From: Dipteris shenzhenensis
Taxonomy: Eukaryota
NCBI GenBank assembly: GCA_047967505.1
Contig: CM106538.1
Reading direction: 5' to 3' (one strand)
Length of the DNA: 64,000 bases
This document shows positions 51,428 through 61,997 of the stretch, piece after piece; the first letter of the stretch is position 1, and every line of letters starts with the position of its first letter. Made by a program: the position numbers and the translations under genes. The notes below the pieces were generated by a model that did not search any database, had not been told where the DNA came from, and saw nothing but the letters and a program-made list of their open reading frames with translations.

Positions 51428-52199
51428 TGTATGTATGTACATACATGCATATATATACATACATACATACAAACATCAAAAGTAAGACCCCATTGGTTTC
51501 CCATGTCATGCATTTTGTTGTCTCATGAGCATAAGAACAAGCACTTGTGTTCTTTACCTTTCTTTGCAATGGGGGTCTTGATTTTCGGGGGGTATGCCAA
51601 AAATTGATCAACAACATTATTTGATGAATATAGTTTTAGTTGATGGAGAAAGTGGACATGAAAACCATCTAAATTGGATCTTGCCATTCGATTTGATATA
51701 TGACATGACCCCATTTGGATATGCAAGTCCAAAGATACGGGGTACTACTTTTAGGGCCTGAATGCCTAAAATAGGAAGCGCGTTAACGCGCTGTCTATTT
51801 CATGCATTTAGGCCTCAAAACTAGGACCCCATTGTGTTGCCAATGGGGTCCTACTTTTGAGGCCTAAATGCATGAAATAGGTAGCACGTTAACGCGCTGC
51901 CTATTTAGGCATTCAGGCCCTAAAAGTAGGACCCCATATCTTTGGACTTACAAATCCAAATAGGATCATGTCATATATCAAATCGAATGACAAGAACCAA
52001 TTTAGATGGTTTTCATCTCCATTTTCTCCATATATCAAAATTGTATGCATCAATATATACATCAATATATACATATATGCATCAACATATACATATACAC
52101 ATATACATACATACATACATACATACATACAGACATATATATACACACACACATATATGCATCAACATATACATATACACATATACATACATACATACA

Positions 52200-52280
<81 letters not shown>

Positions 52281-52620
52281 GTATGTATGCATGTATGTAT
52301 GTACATACATATATACATACATACATACAAACATCAAAAGTAAGACCCCATTGGTTGCCTATGTCATGCATTTTGTTGTCTCATGAGCATAAGAACAAGC
52401 ACTTGTGTTCCTTACCTTTCTTTGCAATGGGGGTCTTGATTTTGGTGGGGTATGCCAAAAATTGATCAACAACATTATTTGATGCATATAGTTTTAGTAG
52501 TTTTAGTACACATACATACATATATGTGTGTACATACGTACATACATACATGGATGCATGCATGCATGCATACATACATACATACATACATACATATTGA
52601 TGCATATAGTTTTACTAGAT
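47150..52620. repeat. Tandem array of ~700-860-bp units (about 7 copies), each with a long palindrome and a variable TA/CA/TACA microsatellite
   Basis: catgagcataagaacaagcacttgtgttc recurs at ~48664, 49381, 50104, 50831, 51525 and 52382, with a diverged copy at ~47265. Confidence 0.95.
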
Positions 52621-52724
52621 GGGGAAAATAGGCCCCACTCCAATTTTTGTGGAGAGACACAACTAGACAAATAGAGCAAGTCCAAGGGGTTGCTAGGGAC
52701 ACCCCCCCAGCAAATGGTGGAGAT

Positions 52725-53225
52725 GTCTGGTATGCAATTTTAGCACCAATTTTGGGATGTAAGCTGCATAGTCATGTCGAAAAAAAGTTGTCAATTCTTG
52801 CATTAAATGTAGGGTGGTGAATATATCCTATTCTGTCATGGGGCCGGAGAAGACGGAGGCAAATAATTGAACCTCCAAAAGGACTTCTTTTACCAGTCTA
52901 TGGGGACGGGCTCTTACTAGTGTTGAGAGTGGACAAGACAGCTACCATTGGTGTGATATGGGAATCTCCCAGTCTGCAATTTTAGCACCAAGTTTGAGAT
53001 GTAAAAAACTACATAGTCAAGTCCAAAAAAGTTGTGTCAATTCTTGCATTAAATGTAGGGTGATGAATATATCCTATTTTATCATGGGGCCTGCAGAAGA
53101 CGGAGGGAAAAAATTGAACCTCCAAAAAGACTTCTTTTACCAGTCTATGGGGCCTAGCTCTTACTAGCATTGAGAGTGGACAAGATAGCTACCGCTGGTG
53201 TGATATGGGAATCTCCAAGTCTCAA
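52725..53225. repeat. Direct duplication, ~250 bp x2
   Basis: tgcaattttagcacca...cttgcattaaatgtagggt...gacttcttttaccagtctatgggg...gagagtggacaaga occurs twice. Confidence 0.85.
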
Positions 53226-55224
53226 GTTTTGGGGTACATGAAATTAGATCATGCTAACGGTAACTCTAAGAGGTTCCAAAGGTAGGCAACATTCTTCATC
53301 ATAGCTAACTCAAATGCAAGGCAGTGAAAATGCTAGGAGAGTTGCTAGGTAGCATTGATTTTGGGAAGGGATATGATGATACTTTGTTGTGTTATGTAGG
53401 ATATTAATTTCCATTAAATTTGGGACATGTTAGATATAACTTCATAAAATCCTAAGTCATGAAATTAATACATTACAAGTTCAAGCATAAATAATAGTCG
53501 TGAAGTTAATGCATTAAATATTCAAGCCTAAAGAAGAATTAATCAAGACCTAATGCACCGTACCAGAGACTTTGACCTTACCCTCATTCCATAGACTTGC
53601 CAACATAAGGCCAAAATTTTCATTCTTAAGAATATGTGAAAAGACCTTACATTTGGCCCACTTTTGGCGAAAAAATTTCATTCTAAAGAATAGGTGGAGT
53701 GAAATTGTGTTTGATAAATACAAATCAATGCTCAAGTTTGGACATAAATAAAGGTATTTTTTTGAAGATATTGGAACACATGAGGGAAATAATATTGAAG
53801 ATACATGAATTTTTAGACATACTATTAAAGACAAATGAGCATATAATGGATGAAATCCTATTGATGATACATGAATTTTCAATAGAACTGTTATTCAAAG
53901 ATTTGATGGATTGAATGTAGCTTTAATACGATTGAATGTAGCTTTAATACATTATCCCTTTTACAAGGGTGTTTGATTTTGAGGCTTGAAACATAAGAAT
54001 GAATCTGTGTTGAAGCCTAGTGGTTTGTTAAGGATATGTGAAACTTAAAGTAAAAGTACTTACAATGGAAGGGATTATATCAAGATCCTATTAAGGACAT
54101 GTGAACATATAGTAGAATAATTCTACATAAAATCAGTGGATCAAACTTAATGGCTCAAAAGCAAAAAAGGATGATGGTGCAACCTAGGGGCTACTCTACG
54201 GCACTATGGTAGCAATCTTTGTAGTTACTATCAAAGGTAGTGTAACTTTTTTGTCAAGGAAAGAGACGCGAACCACTCCACATGACCTAGATCTGTATGA
54301 CCTAGGTTGCACCGACTTGTTTCTTTCATGGATAAAAAGTGACCCTTAGGTGATGCTATAGCACTCCCTTTTTTGGTCCATTATTATAGCACAATTGGGG
54401 CCTTTTGACCTAATACTAGCTACCCATCAAATATTTGTTGTAGATGTTAGGGGTAATTACCAAACTACTAGTGGTAGTTTTATCACCACCATTAGTAATT
54501 TTATTTGAGTGTTCCTTAAAGGTAGTTCTCCTACTACTACATACAATATTACCAATAGTAGTCCTAATCCCAATGATAGTACACATAATATTATTACGAC
54601 CATCCAACTTTAATCATCATTATATCTATGAATGCATATATATAGGTCTATCTATATCTATACCTATTTATTCCTCATCCAATATGTTTGCATTTATTTT
54701 TGGTGCTTTGATTACTTTGAAACTAAAGATAATGTGATTTCATTATTGTTTGTATTCTTGTCAAACATGAGGAGCTGGAATGCATAAGAGATGGGAGGCA
54801 CATTATAATTTCTGTGCAGATTTGAGCCATTAAATAGCCTATTGATTCTGATTGTTTTCTTTCTTATTAAATCCTTAATTTGGTTATTTCACACCGAACA
54901 TCGCCATATCAATTCATATTTTTTTTGTTCTAGTAACGTAGCATAGTCTAGAGTTGATCATACAAGATAAATGGGTGCTCACATTTAATATATTTTTGAG
55001 AGTCAGAGGATAGTGGATGTAGACTACAAAATCATCACTTTGAATAAATTTGGCAAGATTCTTCTGATAGAAGGAATAATTTCTATTGCACTAACGATGA
55101 AAGAAAATTATCAAAAGGTTGATACAAGGCTCAAAATCACACTAGTGCTACTAGGCTTAATAGTCATAGGCTAGTAGTAGTACTAGTGTATTTACTGAGT
55201 AGTGTGCGTTCCTCTCCTCATTAA

Positions 55225-55830
55225 AATTCATAGTCTTCAAAAATTTATAATACATAAGTCAAAATATTCTAATTAGTTTTATCATCCTAATGTTGAAACT
55301 GACTTAAATTCATAGTCTTCAAAAAGGTATAATACATAAGTCAAAATATTCCAATTAGTTTTATTGTCCTCATGTTGAAACTGACTTTCTCTTCCTTCGT
55401 CTCCTATGAGCTTCAAACCTTTAATCCATTAATCTCTCAAATAGTAAGAATGGTCTTGTATTAAGAGGCGATGATATCTAAAGTGATCTACAATACTAAG
55501 AATGGTCTTATATTAAGAGGTGATGATATCTCAAGTGTTATACAAACCATAAGAATGGTTTTGTATCAAAAGGTGATGATATCTCAAGTGTTCTACAAAT
55601 AGTAAGAATGGTTCAAGTGTTCTACAAAAGTATTAGGTACCTCTTAGTGGCTGAAGGGAAGGAGTGATGATATCTCAAGTGTTCTACAAATAGTAAGAAT
55701 GGTCTTGTATTAAGAGGTGATGATATCTCAAGTGTTCTACAAATAGTAATAATGGTTTTGTATTAGGAGGTGATGATATCTCAAGTGTTCTATAAAACTA
55801 TTAGATACTTTTTAGTGGTTGAAGGGAAGG
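55225..55830. repeat. Tandem repeats: ~83 bp x2, then ~53-bp unit x6-7
   Basis: aaattcatagtcttcaaaaa...gttgaaactgact occurs twice, followed by repeated aatagtaagaatggtcttgtattaagaggtgatgatatctcaagtgttctaca. Confidence 0.88.
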
Positions 55831-58524
55831 GGTTGGAAGTATGGGCAAAATCTCTAGGAACTACAGGATGGTTGCAAGAACAATTTTGAATGTCATAAAT
55901 GACACTTGGGTTTTTCAACATATGGGTGAACTTTCATGGTTGATAACACGTTTAATAAGAAGAACCATTTTGAATGTTATAAGTGTTGATGCAATCCCAT
56001 GCTATGAAGTCTACAGACAGTTTTTTTTCCCTGCATATGGGTGAAGTGATGTTTACGTTACTAAGTTCAACATATCAAGCAACACATTTGTTTTGATTAT
56101 TGAAGGAGTTTGATAATAAGACCCATTTCAAATGCAAAAGATTTGTTGTATTAGTAATGGAATCCGCTTTGGAGTGGAAATTCGGTTTCTTTCAAACCCA
56201 CATATTATTGTTGCATAATGTGAGTATGGCTCCAATTGGAAGTTAAGGTAGACTATAATTCACAATATTGGTATAGTTACACATAGTAACATAAGTTTTA
56301 TTTTCGAGAATCTTCCCAAATAGTGGTTTCCACAAAGCTATGTCGAATACCTCGATAAGGAAATTGTAGAAAAGCTCGCTCGCTTTTTTGGGCCTGCTCG
56401 CTTTTCCTCGCTCACTCTATCGGCTGCCTCACCTGTCATGTGGTTTGACGCACCTAAGTCAACATACCACACATCATTTTGTTCTTCTGCACTTGTCACA
56501 GAATTGGTCATATGCTGCACCATAAATAGATGCTCATTTCTGTCATCACCCTGCCTACTAGAAGATGCATAATTGCCTTGCTGCAATTTTCCACTCATAA
56601 TGTCATTCTGCTTTTTATAGCAGTCCTTAGCCATATGACCCATTTTGCCACAATAGTAGCATTCAACATTGCTGTTTGCATTTTGGCCTCTCTGCCATCC
56701 ACCACGGCCTCTTTGGCTCCCCCTGCCTCTAGAGTTACCATGTCCTCCTGCATAGGACTGGTTTTCTTACGTTTGCTGCATATTCTGATTTCTACCATGG
56801 CCTACAGATCGGCCTCCTCTACCTCTACCTCTACCTCTGCCAGCATTTGAGTAGAAGACAGTTTCTTTTGAAGTTCCTGCTGAAGAAGATGCACCCCCAT
56901 TTCTCTGCTCTTCAGAAATTAGAAGAGCAATCAACTCCTCAAAATCAGGAAAATTTTCACGGACGGCAATGGATGTCCGGAACTGTGCATAATCCTTTCC
57001 TAGACCATTCAAGGTCACAGAAACCAAATCGTCATCATCCACTGGCGACCCAATGGAAGCAAGTGCATCCGCAATTTTCTTCACCTTCATGTGGTAGTCA
57101 TTGATGCTCATGTTTTCTCTCTGCACATTGTGCAACTCCTGTTTGAGTTGCATTTTCCTGGCTTGCGTATTTGTGATGTACATTTTTGCCAAAGTATCCC
57201 ATGCCTCCTTTGGCGTATTTGCATCCTGAATATGCACAATCATGGAGTCCGAAATACTGATAGACAGCTAGTACATAACTTTCCTGGCTCTCTCATGCCA
57301 TCCTTTAAATGCCTGCATTTCCTGTTGACTAGGAACATTGACTAGGAACATTAGGAAGAACAGGTTCTTCTTCATTTCCTGTAATGAACTCCTAATAGCC
57401 TTTTCCCATCAAGAAATTCGTCATTCTGAACTTCCATGCCTGGAAGTTGTTCTTGTCAAGCTTTTCAGTGACAATCTGTGAAAGAGAATCAGATGCCATT
57501 ACAGAACACTGCAAAATATTATGTCACTGCAAAGAACACAGTTTTTGCCTCACACGGGCAGATCTGCAAAACTGACAAAAGTGGTATTTCACCACACAGT
57601 CACTTCCTAGTGACGATTTTGCATCAACAGGCAACAAGCATGAATCTGCAACTCCCAATATCTCTGCACAAAGGCATACGATGCAATTTCTGTGGCAACT
57701 TTTCACCGACCTGCAGAATAGTGGTCGCACAGCAAAAACAGGGCCTTTTTCTGAGTGCCTGCGGAGAACTTCCGTCTCCAAAACGGGCCCCGAAATGACC
57801 TCAAATTAGAAAAATAAAGTCACTAAGGGCTTTGCCCTTTCCCGCAGCATATACTGCGCTCTCGCCACACCACGAAGGGCGTCTCAATCTGAAATAGTGC
57901 ACTCCTGCACTTCTGGCTGTGCTACCTGCAGAGATTTGCTCCCAAACTCGAAATAGGAAAGCAACACTAGTCCTCTTACCAGGACACCACGAACTTGGCT
58001 TGCTTTCTTGAGCTCCTTACCACGAACAAGGCTCTGATACCATGTGAAGATTGTGGGAGAGAGGGAAGGAGTCTCACTTGCGGCTTTCTCACATGCACAA
58101 TGGGGGAATACACACAAAGGTGGAGGCTGAAAATAGTTTTCCTCTTCTTAGTTGTGAAAGCCAAAAGAACTCTTGTACAAAAAAATAGAAGAACCCTATA
58201 TGTGGGTCTCAAAACCAAACTCAACTAACTAAGGTGGCATACTAACTGAGCCACGAACTAGTGTAGATAAGGATAGCTGTCATCCAGCTATTATTCGTGG
58301 GCGGTGTACCAACCGCATCTCCAGCTAACAAGTCGGTGACATAAATGCACAACAGTCACCCTGGCATATCGCGAGTGGAGCTCGATATCTCAACAGGGCC
58401 TTGAGGAGGGAGGAGAGGGGAAGGGGGAAGGGAAGGGAAGGGAAGGGAGGGGAGAAGCGGGAGGAGAGGGGAAGGGAGGGGAAGGGAAGGGGAGAGAGGA
58501 AGTTGGAGAAGCGGGAGGGAGGGA

Positions 58525-58815
58525 GTACCTGAGTGGAGAGGTGGTGGAGCTCCAGGAGAGTTGTGAGAGAGAATAAGAGAGTTATGAGACAGAATGAGGA
58601 GAAGTAGAGTTTTATAGGAAATGGATAGCTTTTAGGTCAAGTCAGCTTTTTTTAGTTTTTAAGGTTTTTTTAGTTCTTTTAGGTTCACTATAAGTAGAAC
58701 ATTCTTCATTCTCTCTTTCATTCAAAGATCATTCGTTTACACTCCACGCTTCTCTCCTCTCATCAACCTGTTGCAGGATTCGCAAAAATTTTCAAAATGT
58801 TGCAAGAGGTGAGTT
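58525..58815. promoter_or_regulatory. Putative bidirectional promoter with two short leader exons
   Basis: Minus strand has CTATAAAA (58610-58617) and donor CAG|GTAC at 58528. Plus strand has CTATAAGTA (58688-58696) and donor AG|GTGAGT at 58809. A CT-rich leader follows each TATA. Confidence 0.6.
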
Positions 58816-58819
58816 CATT

Positions 58820-59500
58820 TCTAACCTATTGCGTACGCAAGAACTTCTAAGAATCAAGTTTTTATAAATTTGAATTTTTTTTCAAATCCGATCTTTTTCT
58901 CAAAAACTTGTGTGTACGCAACAACTTAAAAAACCATTTTAGCATTAAATCTTTTTTTCCACAAATTTTCCTCTTTAACTCAAACTCTCACAACCCCTCC
59001 CTACCTATTGCATACGCAACAACTTCAAAACAAAATTTAACACTCAAACCCTACCTATTGCGTACGCAACAACTTCAAAACAAAATTTAATCATAAATCT
59101 CTCAAAAAAACTCATCAACCAAAAAAAACAATCTATTACAAATTTCTCTCTCAACCTCAAAGCCACTCAAACCTCCCTACCTATTGCGTACGCAACAACT
59201 CCAAAACAAAATTCAATCATAAATCTCTCCAAAAAAACTCCTTTAAAAAAAAAAACAATCTATAACACATTTCTCTCTCAACCTCAAAAGCACTCAAACC
59301 TCCCTACCTATTGCGTACGTAACAACTTCAAAACAAAATTTTATCACAAATCCTCCAAAAAACTCTTCTCACTACACTTTATTACAAATATCTCTATCAA
59401 CCTCAAAACCACTCAAATGTCCTACTTATTGCGTATGCAACAACTTCAAAACAAAATTTAATCATAAATCTTTTCAAAAAACTCTTCTCACTACACTTTA
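58820..59500. repeat. Tandem ~125-bp repeats with core CCTATTGCGTACGCAACAACTTCAAAACAAAATT
   Basis: The core, with palindrome TTGCGTACGCAA, recurs at ~58825, 59004, 59055, 59180, 59307 and 59425. Confidence 0.9.
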
Positions 59501-59979
59501 TTAATATAAGAAATCCATTTGTAATATTTTTACCCCATAATATAATAAATTTTTATTAACTAATGTTAAAATATAATTTTGCTAAAAATATATATTATTA
59601 ATCTATAAATTAATATAAATATTATATAATTATTATATAAATAAATATATAAATACATTAATTTAAGAAAAAAGTTGAAAGGAGATCTTCTAGCATATGT
59701 GCTTTATATAATACTTAGTCTTAAAACAATGAAGAATTAGTGAATATATTGCTCTTCTATACATTATTAACTTAAAAACTAATATAAATATAAATTAATT
59801 ATTATATAAATTTAAATAAATATATAAATAATTAATATTATACATTAATAACATTTAAAATTATGTAGATTATATACTAATAATCTTTCAATTTTAAAAA
59901 GTAGTCAATAAAAGAATTAAATTAATTTTAAAATTAAGAAAATATTAAAATTTACACACTTACTTTTAGCATGTATGCT

Positions 59980-60690
59980 TTTATTCCATGTGTATAATAC
60001 TTGTTAGTTAGTCGAAAAATGAAAAATTAGAAAATGTATTTGTAAGGTAGGTATTTAAAACCATAGAATCTAGAAGACTACACTATCATTGCATCCATAT
60101 CATTTTTTTACTTTAGTAACCATCAGATATCCATGATTCCATGTGTATAATACTTGTTAGTTAGTCGAAAGAATGCAAAATTAGATAATGTATTTGTAAG
60201 GTAGGTATTTAAAACCATAGAATCTAGAAGGCTACAGTATCATTGCATCCATATCATTTTTTTTACTTTAGCAAGCACCAGATATCCATGGTATCCATGA
60301 TATGGAATACATATTTCTTAGAATGTCCATGATATGGAATATATATTTCTTCGAATATTTCTTATCAAATACTTTTTCATTTCTTCTCATACACCATGCA
60401 CTTGTTCCTAATCAGTGTGCATACATCACTTCTTCGAATCGGTGTGCTTTTAGCCTATGTACTTGTTCCTAATCAGTAGGATACTTTGAGTAGGTAGGCT
60501 TGTAACTACTTAAAGTAAAGCCTTTGCAAAGGATCGTACCTTTTGATACACCATGCAGCATGAATGTAAAAAAATATGAATCGGTGTGCTTTTAGCCTAT
60601 GTGCTTGTCCCTAATCAGTAGCATACTTTGACTAGGTAGACTTATACTTACTTAAAGTAAAGCCTTTGCAATGTATCGTACCTATAAACA
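59980..60690. repeat. Two local duplications (~155 bp x2 and ~140 bp x2)
   Basis: attccatgtgtataatacttgttagttagtcgaaa at ~59983 and ~60136. gaatcggtgtgcttttagcctatgt at ~60436 and ~60578. Confidence 0.85.
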
Positions 60691-60769
60691 AAACACTTTG
60701 GAAAGCATATAACATATAGTCTATATATATCTAAACTAAATACTTTAGAATGCATATTTTATATAGTCT

Positions 60770-61195
60770 ATATATCTTAAATCTTACACCCTAAATCTTA
60801 AATCCTAAAGTTTCCTAAATCTTAGGTTATATAATCTAAGCTCTTAAACTTATATAATAGTTATAATCCCTAAACCTTAAATCCTAATCCCTATAACTTA
60901 AATTCTAAAACCTAATTTTCAATTCTAAACCCTAGATTCTACACTCTAAGCTCATGATCTTATATACTAAACCTTAAAACCTAAATCCTAAACCTTAAAA
61001 CAATAATCATAAACCCTAAAAGCTAAACCCTAAACCCTATATTTTTAACCCTAAACCCTAAACCCTAAATCCTAAACCCTAAACCCTAAAAATATAATCA
61101 TAAACACTAAACCCTAAACACTAAATCTTAAATCCTAAGCCCTAAATCCTTAACCCTAAATACTAAACCCTAAACCCTATTAACCCTAAAATACA
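60770..61195. repeat. Degenerate plant telomere-like (CCCTAAA)n tract, interstitial
   Basis: Many ccctaaa, accctaaa and tcctaaa units. Confidence 0.85.
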
Positions 61196-61207
61196 ATCAA
61201 AATTTTA

Positions 61208-61975
61208 TGATTTTTCTCGATTTGTGCAACATGTTAGATATACCCCCAACCTGTTGCTTGAGCAACAGGTTGGGGGGTATATCCAACATGTTCCACAAAT
61301 CGAGAAAATTCTCGATTTGTGCAACAGGTTGGATATACCCTCCAACCTGTTGCTCAAGCAACAGGTTGGGGGGTATATCCAACGTGTTGCACAAATCAAG
61401 AAAATTCTCGATTTGTGCAACACGTTGGATATACTCCTTAACCTGTTGCTTGAGCAACAGGTTGGGGGTATATTATACCCCCAACCTGTTGCTCAAGCAA
61501 CAGGTTGAGGAGATATTATACCCCCAACCTGTTGCTCAAGCAATAGGTTGAGGAGTATATTAAACATGTTGCACAAATCGAGAATTTTCTTGATTTGTGC
61601 AATCAAGAACAGGTTGGGGGTATATCCAATCTGTTGCACAAATCAAGAAAATTCTCGATTTGTGCAACATGTTGGATATACTCCTCAACAGGTTGAGGGT
61701 ATATCCAACCTATTGCACAAATCAAGAAAATTCTCGATTTGTGCAACATGTTGGATATCCCCCAAGCAACAGGTTGGAGGCCTGTTGTTGGATATATCTC
61801 CCAACCTGTTGCTTGAGCAATAGGTTGGGGGTATATCCAGGGGGTATATCCAACCTGTTGCACAAATCTAGAATTTTCTCGATTTGTGCAACAGGTAGGA
61901 TATACCCCCCAACCTGTTGCTCAAGCAACAGGTTGGGGGTATATCTAACATGTTGCACAAATCGAGAAAAATCAC
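61208..61975. repeat. Foldback block of CAACCTGTTG / CAACAGGTTG palindromic units
   Basis: The two ends are reverse complements (tgatttttctcgatttgtgcaacatgttagatatacccccaacctgttgcttgagcaacaggttgggggg vs 61905-61974), with many internal hairpins. Confidence 0.92.
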
Positions 61976-61997
61976 ATGTTGCACAAATCATAGTGGC

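Larger units (their letters stand above)
44097..56430. mobile_element. Mutator-like (MULE) non-autonomous element, 12.3 kb
   Basis: 9-bp TSD ACCTGTCAT at 44088-44096 and 56431-56439, within the copia protease codons MTG. Imperfect ~55-bp TIRs start GAGG and share AGTGAGCG..GAAAAGCGAGCAG.CCCAAA.AAGCGAGC. No transposase ORF was seen. Confidence 0.9.
40468..58395 (-). mobile_element. Ty1/copia family B, full-length copy 3, split by a MULE insertion
   Basis: 5' LTR 58043-58395, PBS 58030-58042, 3' LTR 40468-40819 (terminal CA mutated to TA), PPT 40820-40830. TSD GGGCC at 40463-40467 and 58396-58400. Gag lies at 56431-57498 and pol at 40780-44096. Confidence 0.97.

Noticed and set aside
47150-52620. 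Repeat plus variable spacer pattern as a CRISPR-like system
   Set aside because: The repeats are hundreds of bp long and the variable parts are slippage-prone microsatellites, not acquired sequences.
47708-52702. Numerous Y/I/H/T/C/V/M-rich ORFs
   Set aside because: They are translations of TA/CA/TACA microsatellites within the tandem array.
55438-55830. Regularly spaced ~53-bp repeats resembling a CRISPR array
   Set aside because: The units are contiguous with no unique spacers, there are no cas genes, and the context is eukaryotic TE.
60770-61195. True telomere
   Set aside because: The tract is short, degenerate and internal, flanked by TE sequence on both sides.
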